Shown: positions 41,505 to 55,182, counted from the stretch's first letter. The stretch: 64,000 bases of DNA from Eledone cirrhosa (GCA_964016885.1 OZ024742.1:223200001-223264000), one strand, 5' to 3'. Notes: generated from the letters alone by a model not told the origin. Numbers and translations: made by a program.

Positions 41505-42990
41505 TGAGTGAGTGAGTGAGTGAGTGAGTGAGTGAGTGAGTGAGTGAGTGAGTGAGTGAGTGAGTGAGTGAGTGAGTGAGTGAGTGAGTGAGTGAGTGAG
41601 TGAGTGAGTGAGTGAGTGAGTGAGTGAGTGAGTGAGTGAGTGAGTGAGTGAGTGAGTGAGTGAGTGAGTGAGTGAGTGAGTGAGTGAGTGAGTGAGTGAG
41701 TGAGTGAGTGAGTGAGTGAGTGAGTGAGTGAGTGAGTGAGTGAGTGAGTGAGTGAGTGAGTGAGTGAGTGAGTGAGTGAGTGAGTGAGTGAGTGAGTGAG
41801 TGAGTGAGTGAGTGAGTGAGTGAGTGAGTGAGTGAGTGAGTGAGTGAGTGAGTGAGTGAGTGAGTGAGTGAGTGAGTGAGTGAGTGAGTGAGTGAGTGAG
41901 TGAGTGAGTGAGTGAGTGAGTGAGTGAGTGAGTGAGTGAGTGAGTGAGTGAGTGAGTGAGTGAGTGAGTGAGTGAGTGAGTGAGTGAGTGAGTGAGTGAG
42001 TGAGTGAGTGAGTGAGTGAGTGAGTGAGTGAGTGAGTGAGTGAGTGAGTGAGTGAGTGAGTGAGTGAGTGAGTGAGTGAGTGAGTGAGTGAGTGAGTGAG
42101 TGAGTGAGTGAGTGAGTGAGTGAGTGAGTGAGTGAGTGAGTGAGTGAGTGAGTGAGTGAGTGAGTGAGTGAGTGAGTGAGTGAGTGAGTGAGTGAGTGAG
42201 TGAGTGAGTGAGTGAGTGAGTGAGTGAGTGAGTGAGTGAGTGAGTGAGTGAGTGAGTGAGTGAGTGAGTGAGTGAGTGAGTGAGTGAGTGAGTGAGTGAG
42301 TGAGTGAGTGAGTGAGTGAGTGAGTGAGTGAGTGAGTGAGTGAGTGAGTGAGTGAGTGAGTGAGTGAGTGAGTGAGTGAGTGAGTGAGTGAGTGAGTGAG
42401 TGAGTGAGTGAGTGAGTGAGTGAGTGAGTGAGTGAGTGAGTGAGTGAGTGAGTGAGTGAGTGAGTGAGTGAGTGAGTGAGTGAGTGAGTGAGTGAGTGAG
42501 TGAGTGAGTGAGTGAGTGAGTGAGTGAGTGAGTGAGTGAGTGAGTGAGTGAGTGAGTGAGTGAGTGAGTGAGTGAGTGAGTGAGTGAGTGAGTGAGTGAG
42601 TGAGTGAGTGAGTGAGTGAGTGAGTGAGTGAGTGAGTGAGTGAGTGAGTGAGTGAGTGAGTGAGTGAGTGAGTGAGTGAGTGAGTGAGTGAGTGAGTGAG
42701 TGAGTGAGTGAGTGAGTGAGTGAGTGAGTGAGTGAGTGAGTGAGTGAGTGAGTGAGTGAGTGAGTGAGTGAGTGAGTGAGTGAGTGAGTGAGTGAGTGAG
42801 TGAGTGAGTGAGTGAGTGAGTGAGTGAGTGAGTGAGTGAGTGAGTGAGTGAGTGAGTGAGTGAGTGAGTGAGTGAGTGAGTGAGTGAGTGAGTGAGTGAG
42901 TGAGTGAGTGAGTGAGTGAGTGAGTGAGTGAGTGAGTGAGTGAGTGAGTGAGTGAGTGAGTGAGTGAGTGAGTGAGTGAGTGAGTGAGTG
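41505..42990. repeat. Perfect (GAGT)n tetranucleotide array, about 370 units
   Basis: Uninterrupted repeat. Confidence 0.98.
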
Positions 42991-43019
42991 TTATGAATGG
43001 TACTGATTAGACATAAGCA

Positions 43020-43520
43020 CATATCACCCTCATCATTATCACCACCTCACCAATCATCATTCTAATCATCATATCCACCACCACCAGTATCATCATTACT
43101 ACCCCCACCATCACCATCATCACCACCTGTATCATCATCATCTCCACCACCACTACAAGTATTATCATTACTACCCCATCACCACCTGTATCATCTTTAC
43201 TACCCTCACCACCACCACCAGTATCATCATCACTACCATCACCACCAGTATCATCGTTACTACCCCATCACCACCAGTATCATCGTTACTACCCCATCAC
43301 CACCAGTATCATCATTACTACCATCATCACCACCAGTATCATCATCATTAACCCCATCACCACCACCACTATCACCATTACTAACCCCATCACCATCATA
43401 GCTATCACACATACACCACCACCATCACCACCAGTATCATCATCACCACCATCATCACCATTACTACCCCCATCACGACCACCACCACCATTACTGCTAT
43501 CACACACCACACCACTATTA
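43020..43520. repeat. Degenerate (CAC/CAT)n tract (similar tracts at 46890-47610 and, on the other strand, 51515-51930)
   Basis: Low-complexity triplet repeats. Confidence 0.85.
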
Positions 43521-43785
43521 TCCAAGATGGTGGAATACCAATTCCTGAAGGTAAAACACCAAACCAACCAACCAACCAACTACAACTAAAGCAACAACAA
43601 CTAAAGCAACAACAACATTGGTGTATTTCTTTCAAGTGTCTGTTGTTATTCATCAAGACTTCTCTCTGGTAACTATAGCTACCTACCAAAGATTTTTCTC
43701 AATGAATCTATTATACCTTGGAACAATGAGGTGGACCAACTTCTTCACTTACCTACCCTTACTATCACACACACACACACACTAG

Positions 43786-43816
<31 letters not shown>

Positions 43817-44541
43817 TAGCATATACACACATACACACAGACACTAGCATGCACACACACACACACACTCTCTCTCTCTCTCACACACAGACACATATTA
43901 GTATACACTCTCTCTCTCTTTCACACACACTCTCACACTCTCTCTTGCTTTCCCACACACACTCACACTCTCTTGCTTTCCCACACACACTCACACACTC
44001 ACTCTCTGTCACACACACAGACTCTCACACACTCTCTCGCATGCACACACACACACACACACTTTTTCTCTTTCATACACAAGTGCTATCTCACATACAC
44101 TCCCTTTCTCTCTCTCTTACATGCTTTCTTTCTCTCTCTCACATTTACACCCGCATACTCAAATATACAAAAATTTTTTTACATTTCACGAAGATTCACA
44201 CATGCACACACACACACACATATATACACACACATACACATTGTAACAGTTCTATTATTGTTAACAACGACAACAACAACAAAACGTAAAATGAAAATAT
44301 AGAAATAAATAAATAAGAGAGTAACTTTCATTTGAAAGAACTCTTATTTTCAGGAAAGCAAGTAAAATATATTGTATTGTGGTTAGAGAACAGTGGATCT
44401 TACAGCACCATTGTTCTTCCTCAAACACTGGCTTGTATCATCATCATCATTCTTATCATCATTATCATCATCAGTTGTTGTCATCATCACCATCATCACT
44501 GCCATTCACCATCATCCCCATCACAACCCCCACCATCATTG

Positions 44542-44601
<60 letters not shown>

Positions 44602-45134
44602 GGTTGGTGTTAGGAAGGGCATCCAGCTGTAAAATACCCAGCCAAATTTACAGTCCTCGCCGGAAGGTGTGACATGGTCAACTGACCAGATACGCCTCCC
44701 AGCATGGACGACCCATGTGACCCGTGCAAGCATGGAGGAATTGACGCAAAACGGAAATGATGATGATGATATATATATATGTATATCATCATCATCATCA
44801 TCATCATTGTTTAATGTCTATTATCCATGCTTGCATAGTTTAGATGGGTTGTCACACGAGGCTAGCCAGGCTAGGTGATTACATCTTGTTGATATGGATC
44901 TGTTTTTGGCTTGGTTTCTACAGTTGGATGCTCTTCTTAATGAAATTAACTGAAATTAAAGATTAACTGAAATTAAAACCAATATTGTATTAAAGTGTGT
45001 CGATATTTTACTTACATTTCCTGTAAATATATGAAACTTAATACAAAAGAGACAAGTTATGAAAGTGACAGAGTTATAGTATTTATAGTATTTATAGTAT
45101 AGTTAATTAGGGAGAGAGTCAAAATAGATCAGGT

Positions 45135-45975
45135 ACAATTTAATTTCATACCTGGGGAACAATACTACAGATGCCCTCTTCTTTGTGTGGCAACTACAAG
45201 AAAAGTTCCTAGCCCAAAATAAACTACTATATTTAGCTTTTGTTGATCTAGAGAAGGCTTTTGCGAGAGTACCTCGATTTATTATCTAGTGGTCCTTAAG
45301 GAAATTAGGTACAGAAGAATGGGTTGGGAGCAGTGCAAGCTATGTACAAAGGAGCTGTCAGTAAAGTGAGTTTAGGGAGGAATTCAAGGTACAGGTAGGA
45401 GTTCATCAAGGTTCAGTTCTAAGCCCATCATAGTTCTTCAGGCCATAACAGAGGAGTTTAAAATGGGCTGCCCATGGGAACTTTTCTATGTAGATGATTT
45501 GGTTTTTATAGCTGAAACCAAAAAAAGGGCTAGAAAATAAATTCCGATTATGGAAACTGAATTCAGAATCAAAAGGTCTGAGAGTAAACTTAGCGAAAAC
45601 TGGAGAGAAATAAAGCAACCATGTTTCATTGGATGTGCAATATAAATGTGAGAGAAAGGCAGAGCTTGGACGAACTGAGAGAGAAAGTTTAAGGGGAATC
45701 CAAGATGGTGTGCAGGAGAGAAGACTGCATTGGTATGGACATGTGATGCGTGTGGACAATGGCAGATGGGTGAAGAAATGCCAAAAAATCCCAGTGGAAG
45801 GAAGCTGCAATAGAGGACGACCAAAAAAGGTTGTGAGAGTGGACCTCAAATCACTAAGACTGACAGAGGAGATGATGAAGGAGCAGAAGAAGTGGAGAAA
45901 TGCCGTGCTGAGAAGGACCTGTCCAAACCAAGCGTGCATGGAAAAGTGGACATAAAAATGATGATAATGATGATG
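45135..45975 (+). mobile_element. RTE-clade LINE fragment (reverse transcriptase pseudogene with internal deletions and (GAT)n tail)
   Basis: TTDALFFVWQLQEKFLAQNKLLYLAFVDLEKAFARVPR; VGVHQGSVLSP; PWELFYVDDLVFIAE; RRLHWYGHVMR...EGSCNRGRPKK. Contains frameshifts and stops. Confidence 0.92.
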
Positions 45976-46372
45976 ATATGACTGTTGTCTGGGCAACGCA
46001 ACAGTTAATGTAAAGATATTTGAAATTTTAAATGAACTGTTTTCTTCTACTTTTATTTTCTCTACTTTCCTTTTGCTGTATCTCTGTGTATTCTTATATT
46101 TGTGTGAACACCCTTTAGTTGTGTCAAGGACATGACAACCTCTCTAGTATTGGTGTCACTATAATACACACCCACGCACTATAAATTAGTTGGTGATAGG
46201 AAAGGCATCCAGCTGTCGAAAATTTGCCAAACAAAAGGTGAAGAGGACTCTTCAAATTTGTCAAAGATATGACAACCTTATTTGTGCTGGTGCCACGATA
46301 AAATGCACACAGTACACTATGTAAAGAAAATGTGGCCTCCAGTCTATTTGAGAGGTCAGCAGCTCTGATTAA

Positions 46373-46570
46373 CCCTTTAGCATTTACATTACTCTTTATT
46401 TACTATTGTATTTTCACAGTAAAGGCTTTATCTTACATAATATCGAATCTATGAGATTTTGGTATTATTTATTTCGAGAACAATACCTTAACATCAGTAT
46501 GAGCAGCCGGTTTTAATAGAAAGAGATGAGAGAATTCTGGCTGGATACGGCCAGTTTCAATGCTTGTGGG
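46373..46570 (+). mobile_element. piggyBac-type MITE inserted into an older SINE
   Basis: TTAA|CCCTTTAGCATTT ... GGG|TTAA. Confidence 0.85.
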
Positions 46571-48411
46571 TTAAGTATTGACTGGTCTGTGATGACCTGT
46601 CCAACTCTTGCTAGTAGGGAAAGATGTTAAATGATGAGGATGTTGATAATAATAATAAACATCTATTTAAAGGTGAAATACTTTGTGCATAACAAAAGAA
46701 AAATAAAAAAGAAAAAAGAAGAAAATATTTAGAAAATTAGAAGAACCTTCACATTGGATTAATTTTGAAGATGTTTTAATTAGAAGGAGAACATGTGTTA
46801 ACGATGTGAAATTGTATCTCTAGATAGTAAACTAACAAACAAAAACAACTGAATGTATAACTCTCTACACATGTAAAGTAAGTCAGCTGGAGATATCATC
46901 ATCACTTGCCCCACCAACACCACCATCATCAACATCACCATCACCACCATTACCACCACCACCACTATCATCATCAACATTACCATCACCATCACCACCA
47001 TCAACATTACCACCACCACCACTATCATCATCAACATTACCATCACCATCACCACCATCACCACCATCAACATTACCATCACCATCACCATCATCAACAT
47101 TACCACCACCACCACCACTATCATCATCACCATCACCATCACCATCACTATCATCAACATTACCATCACCATCAACATTACCATCACCACCACCATCAAC
47201 ATTACCATCACCATCATCAACATTACCATCACCATCACCACCATCACCACCACCACCACCACCACCATCATCAACATTACCATCACCATCACCAACATTA
47301 CCATCGCCACCACCATCATCATCACCACCACCAACACCACCACCACTATCATCATCAACATTACCATCACCATCACCACCATCAACATTACCACCATCAC
47401 CACCACTATCATCATCAACATTACCATCACTACCATCAACATTACCATACAACCAACAACACCACCACCACTATCATCATCAACATTACCATCACCACCA
47501 TCAACATTACCACCACCACTATCATCATCAACATTACCATCACCAGCAGCAACAACATTGCCACCAATTTCACTATCACCACCATCACCAATGACAGCAG
47601 CAGCAACACCACTGTATAGTATGGATGCGTTATATGCTAATGTTTTCCTGTCTAGTTTTGTTTTTTGTGAAAAACTTCCATGCTTCCCGAAATTCGCCAA
47701 CACTACTGATATTCCCCTCCACACACATGCCATGCATGTGTGTGTATATCGTGACTCGTACACTGTTCACTTTTATCACATTTGTACTATACATGCACCT
47801 TTGGTGAGTGTAGTGCACCCAAGCACTGTACACAATAATTTTCATTATCATTATCAAAATGAAAGGCCCTTATTCTTGTCTGTTTTGTGGTGTGGCGCAG
47901 TGTGTTGTAATAGCTTCTTGTTGTAAGTGCATGGTGAGTATATCAGAGTGTGTTGTGGTTGTATGGCCAATGTAACAGCTGGAGTAGTACATTTAAAACA
48001 AGCAATTGCAATATACTGCATAACACATCCCAAAATAAAAACAACATGTATTTTAATACCATTTTTCCTGCTACAGCAAGAGTTAGCCTTGCTGGGTCCC
48101 ATGACAAACTTCAAAAATGTCATGTGCAACCCATGTCAGAATGTTAAAGCTGATGTAAAAATGATGATGACGATGACGGTGAGACATTGGTAAGGATGAT
48201 AACAATGGTGATGATGATGTGGTGGTAGTGGTTGTGTTATAGGACCTCAGTTGGTACTGATGACAAATGTTCCAGTTGACACAATCAATGGTACAGCCTG
48301 GTCATGAAATTAATGTTGAAGTGGCTGAGTATTCCATAGACATTTTTGCTCATAACACAATTCTCAGTGAAAATCAGCATAATACAGTGTGTGATAAGGC
48401 CAGTCCTTTAA

Positions 48412-48635
48412 CCCTTTATCATTTATATCACTCTGTATATACTACAATATTATATTTACTATTGTATTTTCATGGTAAAGGCTTTATCTCACATAATATC
48501 GAATCTAGGAGATTTTGATATTATTTATTTTGAGAACATTACCTTAACGTCAGTATGAGTAGCCAGTTACAGCCGTTTGAACACAAAGAGGTGAGAGAAT
48601 TCTGGCCGGATATAGCCGGTTTGAATGCTAAAGGG
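48412..48635 (+). mobile_element. piggyBac-type MITE
   Basis: TTAA|CCCTTTATCATTT ... GAATGCTAAAGGG|TTAA. Confidence 0.88.
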
Positions 48636-48742
48636 TTAAATTATAGGTACAGTTCATTTTTATCAGTTGAGTGAATTGAAACATGAAATAAAGTATCAAT
48701 GCATAGCTGGGAATTGAACTCACTGCCTTATGATTGTGAGCT

Positions 48743-48832
<90 letters not shown>

Positions 48833-49404
48833 AAATTATCATCATTACCGTTTTATGTCCATTCTTCCATGCTAACATGGGTTTGACGAGTTGTCCTGTT
48901 ATGGGCAATACTAGGTCAAATGAACATGTTTTGCTTATACAGAACTGATTTTTGCTTGGTTTCTACAGCTGGATGCCCTCCACCAACCTCATTTACAGTG
49001 AGTACTGGGTGTTTTTGTTGTGATACCTCCACGATCACTTCACAATGTGGACTGGGTGATTTTTGTTGTGACACCTAGATGACCACTTTCCAGCGTGGGC
49101 CGGGTGCTTTTTGTTGTCATACTTACACGACCCCTATACAGTGGAAGGGTGAGGTAGGTGGTGATGGGACAGGGCATATTGTATATATGCCTCAGTTTCG
49201 GCCTGTGCCCATGGAAAGTCGGGTCTTTTGTATTACTGCATAACGCCAGAGATCTCTATCCTGTGTCATCGCCTTCGAGAGGTGCAATTGAGCAAAGTCA
49301 GCTTTTATCACCTATATATATATATATAGTTAATAAATGAAACAAACAAAACACAGGAGGCAATTTTACACAGTTATATTAGGTTCATGCTTGGAGAAAG
49401 TGGA

Positions 49405-49440
49405 GGTTTCAACGTTTCGGACAGAAGTCTTTCAGAAAAG
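49405..49440 (-). ncRNA. Degenerate minimal hammerhead ribozyme relic next to (TA)n
   Basis: UUUU-CUGAAA-GAC UUCU GUC C-GAAA-CG-UU^GAAA, with palindromic stem III (AACGUU). The CUGANGA box is damaged. Confidence 0.45.
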
Positions 49441-50002
49441 TTTGGATTAGGAGAGAACAGATACATGTAAGAGTAATATGAGAAGGTTAGGGAAGGAAGT
49501 TTGTGGGACTTCCTGGATATTGGGTGGCATATTGTGTCCTTGAGCAAGGCACCTCATTTCATGTTGCTCCAGTTTAATGAAATGGGAAAAAAGTATGAGC
49601 AGCAACAGCTGTGGGTTAATCTCTGCAATGAACAGGGAGGAGTCTTTTTATGTAAGCACTGGGGTCCCTATCAATAAAACATATGAGAAACCTCTTATGA
49701 GATGCTACTGTGTAGGAGGCCAGCTAAACCTACATAGGTGTGGGCTGTAAACAACCTCGAAAATAACAACTACAACACACACACACCTGCTGCTGCTGTT
49801 AAGTGTTAGTAACTGAATCTATCTATCTATTAGAAGGTATTATAATAAAACCCAGTTTTTAAACTCTGCTACACTCCTCGACTGTATATACATTTCCTGG
49901 TCTCCTTGTCTTTGATGGGATATCTTATAACAAACTATTTACAGCAGTTGATGTAATATCTTATAACAAAACTGTTTACAATAGTTTGATGTGATATCTT
50001 AA

Positions 50003-50223
50003 CCCTTTAGCATTTACATTACTCTATATATACTATTGTATTTTCACGGTAAAGGCTGAATCTCTCATAATTATCTCACATAGTATCGAATCTATGAGAT
50101 TTTGATATTATTTATTTTGAGAACAATACCTTAACATCAGTATGAGCAGCTGGTTACAGCTGGTTTGAACAGAAAGAGGTGAGAGAATTCTGGCCAGATA
50201 CAGCTGGTTTGAATGCTAAAGGG
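50003..50223 (+). mobile_element. piggyBac-type MITE
   Basis: TTAA|CCCTTTAGCATT ... AATGCTAAAGGG|TTAA. Confidence 0.9.
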
Positions 50224-52094
50224 TTAAAGCTGTATTATTTATATCTGCTAGTTTTAAACTGTTTGTAGTATTTGATACAAAGAAAGTATCATTACAATAT
50301 CCAATGTTATAACATTTTAAATATATTTGTTTTTGTTGCTAAAAGCTGCCACAATTCATATATTAACTATAAAGTAGTTGAATAGTTCAGGTAAATTACC
50401 CCTGGAGATGAGAAAAATTTGGACAGAGACACCTACATGCATCTACCATTAATATTATATATATTCACCACAAAAGCAAATAAATTTCAAATTTTCAAAC
50501 TTGTCCAATTTTTTTACGTTTCTTGTCAATTGTCGACTATATAGACAGTGAAAGACTGGTGAGAACACTTTTATGAAATGGATATTGTAGCTGTCTGGTA
50601 TATGTCAGATATGTGGTTTGATTCTTGTAGGCTTCTCTGTCCCCCTTTTTACCTGACTTATTCAACTATTTTAGAGTTAATATATGAATTGTGGCAGTTT
50701 TTCAAAACAAAAGTAGATAAATTTCAAATTTTCAGACTTGCCCAATTTCTTTGTAATGACTGAGAGTACAAAACTTGCCCTTAGACTGGACATCAGTCTG
50801 TTGAAGAGGTTAACCATATTGGTCTTTCCATTCATGTTGGACACAACTCATGGCAAAAGCATCACCACTTTTCTGGTGATAAAGACAGGATTTGAACTCA
50901 GAATGTAGAGTACTGGAACAGATATTGCAAAACATACTGTCTGACTCTTAAAAAATTCCACAAATCCACTATCTCTGGACTGGTATTTTATTTTATTAAT
51001 CCTAAAAGGATGAAAGGTGCAGCTAAATCATGTAAAATTTTAACTCAGAATAAAGTGCTGGTTGTCTTAGGTTCTATGGACTCTGCCAAATTTACTGCAT
51101 CTCTGTGGTGCAATATAGAGTATCATGAAGAAATGTTTCATTCAAAATAACTTTCCAAACAATTTATATATTAACATAAACTGTTGATATTTCAACTGAA
51201 AGCTCTGAGGCCATTATCTGATGCTGTTTATTTTAGCAAGTGTCTTAATGATGGCTTACAGCTGAGCCAGTCTGTTCCTCATCAGATATTCCTCAATAGA
51301 AAATGTCTAGCAGACATGTGGTGCTACTACTATTACTATTACTGATACTGTCTGTTGAGGAAAGAATTTACCATATTTATTGCGTTTAATGTTTTTTTAA
51401 AAAATCTAATCTGACCTTAGTTACATTTATTAGAAACTTTTACTGCTTCCAGCTCACCTGCCTAGATTCCAGTTACTGATTATGAGGAAATGGAACAGGT
51501 GTGATCAAAGATAATTTGGGTGGTGTTCTGGTTGTTATTGTGGGTGTTGGTGTAGTTGTGATTGATGGTGTATTTGTTGTTGCGGGGGTGGCTGTGGATG
51601 TGGTTAATGATGGTATTAGTAGTTGTTGTGGGGGTAGCTGTGGATGGTAATGGTATTACCAGTTGTGGGGGTGGCTGCTGATGTGGCTGGTGAAAGTATT
51701 GGCAGTTTGGAGGTTGGCTGTGGATGTGGTTGGTGATGATTTTGGCAGTTGTAATGGGGGTGGCTCTATTGGTAGTGGTGACATTTGTTGTGTGTGTTGA
51801 TGGTTGTTGTAATTGTGGGTTTTGATGTTGGTATAGTTGTGGTTGTTGTGATGGTTGTGACTGTTGATGTTGTGGTGGTGGTTGTAGTTGTTGAGAATGT
51901 GGTGGTTGTTGTTATTGTTGTGATGGTGAAGTCATCAGGTTCCTCTGATTGACCAGCTGTATTCATCCCTAACCCCACTCTGGTCAACCAGCTGTGTATA
52001 TCACTCACCTCCGCCACCAGTAATATAAATATTCTCAACTACCACATTGTATTGATTACTCTATTCATTCATTTGTACCTTCCCCCACCTATGT

Positions 52095-52850
52095 ATCATC
52101 ATCTGTTTTTCTATGCTTGCATGTATTAGATGAGTCTTTTCCAGCACAGCCTCCCTCCACACATTATGTTCTTTTATCATCTCTGTGTGATTTAGCATTT
52201 TGAAATTAGCTATCACCACTTCTGCCCAGGTTTTTGTTGGCTTTCTTCTACTGCAGCTCAATTCCACAGGGAGCTCCTAGAACTTCTTCACCCTTTGATA
52301 ATCCTCCATGTGCATCACATGTCCTTACCAGCACACTCTTCTCTTTTACATGGTACATTTAATTTCTCTTATACCCAGTTTCTCTCTCAGCCCATCCATA
52401 CTTCACTGTTCCTGCACATTAACATTACATATCCATCAAAGCATGCTCGCTTCATTTTTCTCCAACTGCCTCATATCCTCAGCATTTACTGCCCACATTT
52501 CATTTCCAAACAACACTACACTTTGTACACAAGCCTCATACATCTCACCTGTCATATGTAGAGAGAAACTTTCTGTTGTCAACAGAGGTACCTTGAACTT
52601 TTCCTAGTCTCTTCTTATTTTAGCTTTCAGAGCAACCTCGTCCACTGCTAATTAGGTCACCTGTGTTGTAAGAGCTATCAGCCACTTCTATTGAGTTTTT
52701 ATAGGATTGAAAGAAATTGATTTCATTGGAGCTCATACTAACTACCCATGTGTATCTCCCAAATACAAAGTCTACCTTTTCTGTTAGTTTACCTGCTACT
52801 CCACTACATTTTTGGGGTACCCAAGATTTATATTGTGTACAAAGGGTTGG
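52095..52850 (-). mobile_element. RTE-clade LINE 3' fragment
   Basis: Minus strand encodes RRKPTKTWAEVV...WREAVLEKTHLIHASIEK and ends in the RTE tail seen at 45900-45975. Confidence 0.75.
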
Positions 52851-52938
52851 GAGGACCCTTGAGTTGTCTAAGACATGACGACCTCTCCTGTGCACTCAGT
52901 AGAATGTGAGACCAAACGTGAGAAAACAGACTCCTTAA

Positions 52939-53158
52939 CCCTTTAGCATTCACATTATTCTATATATACTATTGTATTTTCATGGTAAAGACTTTACTTC
53001 ACATACTTATCTCACATAATATCGAATCTATGAGATTTTGAAAGTATTTATTTTGAGAACAAAACCTTAACATCAGTTTGAGTGACCAGTTACAGCCAGT
53101 TTCAACAGAAAGAGGTAGAGAATTCTGGCCGGTTTTGGCCAGTTTGAACATTAAAGGG
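52939..53158 (+). mobile_element. piggyBac-type MITE
   Basis: TTAA|CCCTTTAGCATTC ... TAAAGGG|TTAA. Confidence 0.88.
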
Positions 53159-53982
53159 TTAAACTTAGCTATGAAGAGGGCGTCTTTAGTGCTCCTTCCT
53201 GCATCTCAAATGCACCTAGTACATTCCATAAAGTGGTAGAGTTGGTGTCATGATAAAATGCACCCAATACACACTGTCAAGTGGTTGGCATTAGGAAGAG
53301 CATCCAGATATAAAAACTATGCAAAACTGGAATGTATGAGCAAGACATCTGACCTATTCAGGCCCCAGAACATTACAACCAGCCAAGCTCATGCCAGCCT
53401 CGAAATATGACCTAAAATGATGATGATGATGGTGGTGTGTGTTTTATATATATATATATATATACACATACACACACATAAAAAAAAGTAGATATGCATG
53501 TTAGTACATATGTTAATAATGTCTGCTATAGAACTCATTTACCAACATTACTACATGCCTTACCTCACCTCAAACCACCTCAACCCCCTTCCTCTCACCT
53601 ATATTCCAGACACACATCCTCCACTTCCTCTCAGCCACATCCTATACCTAACACCTCCCTCCTATATTTAGATGGTTCTAACAATATTACTTCATAACTT
53701 CAGGATGTCTAAATACCAATATTAATCCATTCTTTCATATCTAATATTTATGTTCTGAACAGACACCATGTTGCTGTTGTTGTTGTTGTTGTTGTTGTTT
53801 CAGTGAACAGACACCATGTTGTTGTTGTTGTTGTTTCAGGCCAAATCGCCTCTGATGAAAAATGAATGGTAAAAAAAAAAAAAGAATAATAAATTTACAG
53901 CTCACACCTATGCAGGTTTAACTGACCTTCTGCAAGGTGGTATCTCAGGAGGTTTCTTGGGTGTTTTAATAATAGGAGCCCT

Positions 53983-54106
<124 letters not shown>

Positions 54107-54476
54107 TTCCCATATGAGCAAGACATGGTCAGCCAACCGGCTACTGCCCACAACAGGACAACCCGTCTAACCCATGCTAGCGTGGAAGAACGGACGTAAA
54201 ACGGTGATGATGATGATGATATATATATAGTGGTATTAGCTTAGTAGAAATATCCAAGGTACAGAGCAACTCAAGTCTGTAGGATGAGTTTTAATATAAT
54301 TATTGGTGCCTTTGTAGTAACTGGCCTTGATAATATATATATATATGTAGAAGTTCTATTTAAATTGTTGGGATACAACAAGCAAATATTTTTATAACTG
54401 ATATAAAACACTCAACAAATATTTGGAGTAAAAATACGATATTAACAAATGGAAACTATATTTATAAAACCATATT

Positions 54477-54541
54477 TATTTCATTATACATATTTCAAGG
54501 ACACCAAGTTAAATTATGGTGTGCTTTCATCAGATAAAATA
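54477..54541 (-). ncRNA. Type I hammerhead ribozyme (left arm)
   Basis: Exact mirror image of 54608-54672. Confidence 0.8.
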
Positions 54542-54607
54542 TAATATAGATCAGTTTTATAAATAAATGGGTATGTCAATATTTATTTATAAAACTGATC
54601 TATATTA

Positions 54608-54672
54608 TATTTTATCTGATGAAAGCACACCATAATTTAACTTGGTGTCCTTGAAATATGTATAATGAAATA
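54608..54672 (+). ncRNA. Type I hammerhead ribozyme (right arm), predicted cleavage after 54664
   Basis: Stem I UAUUUUAU/AUGAAAUA. CUGAUGA at 54616-54622. Stem II AAGCACACCA/UGGUGUCCUU (9/10 pairs). GAAA at 54653-54656. Near-palindromic stem III AUAUGUAU. AUA^ cleavage triplet. Confidence 0.82.
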
Positions 54673-54708
54673 AATATGGTTTTATAAATATAGTTTCCAT
54701 TTGTTAAT

Positions 54709-54787
<79 letters not shown>

Positions 54788-55044
54788 TTGTTTGAACTTA
54801 CACCTATACAAGTTTAGTTGGCCTCCTATGAGGTTCCACCTCATAGAAAGTTTCTCAGGTGTTTTAATGAAGTGTTTTGCTCAAGAACACAATTGAGGCC
54901 AGTACACTCTAACCATTAAGTGGTGGTGTCCATTTACATACTGTCAGGCATGGCTGAATGGTAAAGAAGTTCACTTCTCAATCATGATATCCAGGGATTG
55001 ACCCATCCTCTAGAATGGTTGATTTTGTTTCATAGTAGCAGAGG

Positions 55045-55182
55045 ATCTGATCTCAATATGTGACATCTTGAGCCCAGTTTGTCTACTACAGGTTTGATCT
55101 CACTATGAGACATCTTGAGCCCAGTTGGTTTAACACGGGTTTGATTTCACTATGTGACATCTTGAGCCCAATTTGTCTACTA
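55045..55182. repeat. Three diverged tandem copies of a unit of about 46 bp
   Basis: GATCTCA.TATG.GACATCTTGAGCCCA.TT repeated three times. Confidence 0.8.

Larger units (their letters stand above)
54439..54710. repeat. Perfect inverted repeat, 130-bp arms with a 12-nt spacer, formed by two back-to-back hammerhead elements
   Basis: 54439-54568 is the reverse complement of 54581-54710. Spacer GGGTATGTCAAT. Followed by (TA)n. Confidence 0.95.

Noticed and set aside
46798-47763. His-rich and Gly/Asp-rich ORFs
   Set aside because: Degenerate (CAC/CAT)n microsatellite with no splice or domain support.
51255-51290. Other CTGATGA/TCATCAG matches (also about 48257 and 53852)
   Set aside because: No stem II followed by GAAA, so these are chance matches.
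51400-51505. Possible downstream CUEDC1 exon (TTCCAG...CAGGTGTGA)
   Set aside because: No recognisable CUEDC1 sequence and weak splice context.
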